Origin: Nageia nagi
Taxonomy: Eukaryota > Plantae > Pinophyta
Assembly: GCA_050084985.1 (NCBI GenBank)
Contig: JBITNC010000001.1
Location: 191,766,001 to 191,830,000 of the forward strand
Direction: 5' to 3'
DNA: 64,000 nt
Every line of letters begins with the position of its first letter. Position 1 is the stretch's first letter. The translations under genes and the position numbers were made by a program. Below are positions 63,201 to 64,000 of this stretch, in pieces. The notes under the pieces were generated by a model. The model had not been told where the DNA came from and made no database searches. It was given only the letters and a program-made list of their open reading frames with translations.

Positions 63201-64000
63201 CTTGGACCAGGAGAATGGGTGGATCTGGAAGGAATGGCCTTAGTGCACGAACCACTGCCACAAGTTGTTTTCACCACATTGTCCAACACATCCGGGGGGA
63301 GAGCATGATATCCAACATCTTTAAGATCATCTTCTATTACACTGTGTTTGCTGGGACCTGGGATGAGCTCCCTCGGTGCTTCTTGTCTTTTTCCTGTAGG
63401 AAGCAAGAGTGTCTTCTTTGGTGAGGATGTGGTGTGAGCAGGAGACTTGATCTTCAGAGGGGCCCCTTTAGATTGGGACTTGGCAGTTCGAGGCCTTTGG
63501 AGAGGCTTCTCTTTCGGAAGGGGAGCCTTCTTTTTGCTCAAAAGAGCCTTTATGCATGCAATTTCCCCTTTATCCTGCACATTTTTATATTTTTCTTCAT
63601 CTCCCAAAGGCTTATGTGGAAACGTAATGGGCTTATGAAAAGCTGTATCATAAAAGTGCGCAATTATCCCCTTAGGATCTTAATTCTTTGGAGCAGCCTC
63701 TCTGAAGAAGTTGTACTGCTGTAACTCCTCTCGCATATGTATTGCCTCCACCCATGTCTTGCACCCATGTTTGGCACACATATTTGGATATAGTAATAGG
63801 CAAATTGATTGTGGCATTCTTCTTCTTCTAGACCCTCTCCTTCGGAAACAAGAGCTACTTGGCAAATTCCATGAGAATCAACCTATCACTGGTAAATCTG
63901 GGCAAGAGCAAGGGTTGTTCTTCTGAATCATAGACTCTGATGTATGTAAAATCAGCATCATGCAGGAAGAAATCTGCATGTACACTGATGGCTTGAATAG
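60294..64000 (-). mobile_element. Gene-carrying TE unit, copy 4 (3' portion, ends ...TTAACAACA on minus)
   Basis: TGTTGTT at 60294 abuts the coding remnant of another element; frameshifted ORF runs from the window edge to the stop at 61520. Confidence 0.75.
61520..64000 (-). pseudogene. Unknown TE accessory protein, copy 4 (end of conserved domain, S/E/K-rich linker, helical or coiled-coil-like C-terminus)
   Basis: ORF pieces 63020-63607, 62466-62981, 62211-62438 and 61833-62186; homologous to copy 2. Confidence 0.85.

Overview
Large-genome land-plant DNA, most likely a gymnosperm (inferred from giant TE-filled introns and the TE lineages). One host gene is visible on +: three short exons (24293-24394, 36484-36625, 55035-55109) of a plant stand-alone homoserine dehydrogenase-like protein, separated by introns of 12.1 kb, 18.4 kb and >8.8 kb. 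Intron 2 begins GTATCCTT, the minor-spliceosome donor consensus. Most of the rest is nested, decayed transposable elements: several Ty1/copia copies, Ty3/gypsy deletion derivatives and solo LTRs, a hAT fragment and a LINE 3' end. Two structures stand out. (1) A young, intact-ended, pol-less LTR element at 16333-23161. It is tRNA-Trp primed, has a perfect TSD and an open ORF1 and gag, and carries an antisense spliced plant-mobile-domain mini-gene and a hairpin tandem array. (2) Four copies of a long unrecognised gene inside units whose 5' terminus is an 18-bp palindrome (TGTTGTGC-NN-GCACAACA) and whose only visible 3' terminus is ACAACA. No PBS or PPT is seen between the termini, suggesting a giant gene-carrying LTR. 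All calls were made by eye; no database searches were run.
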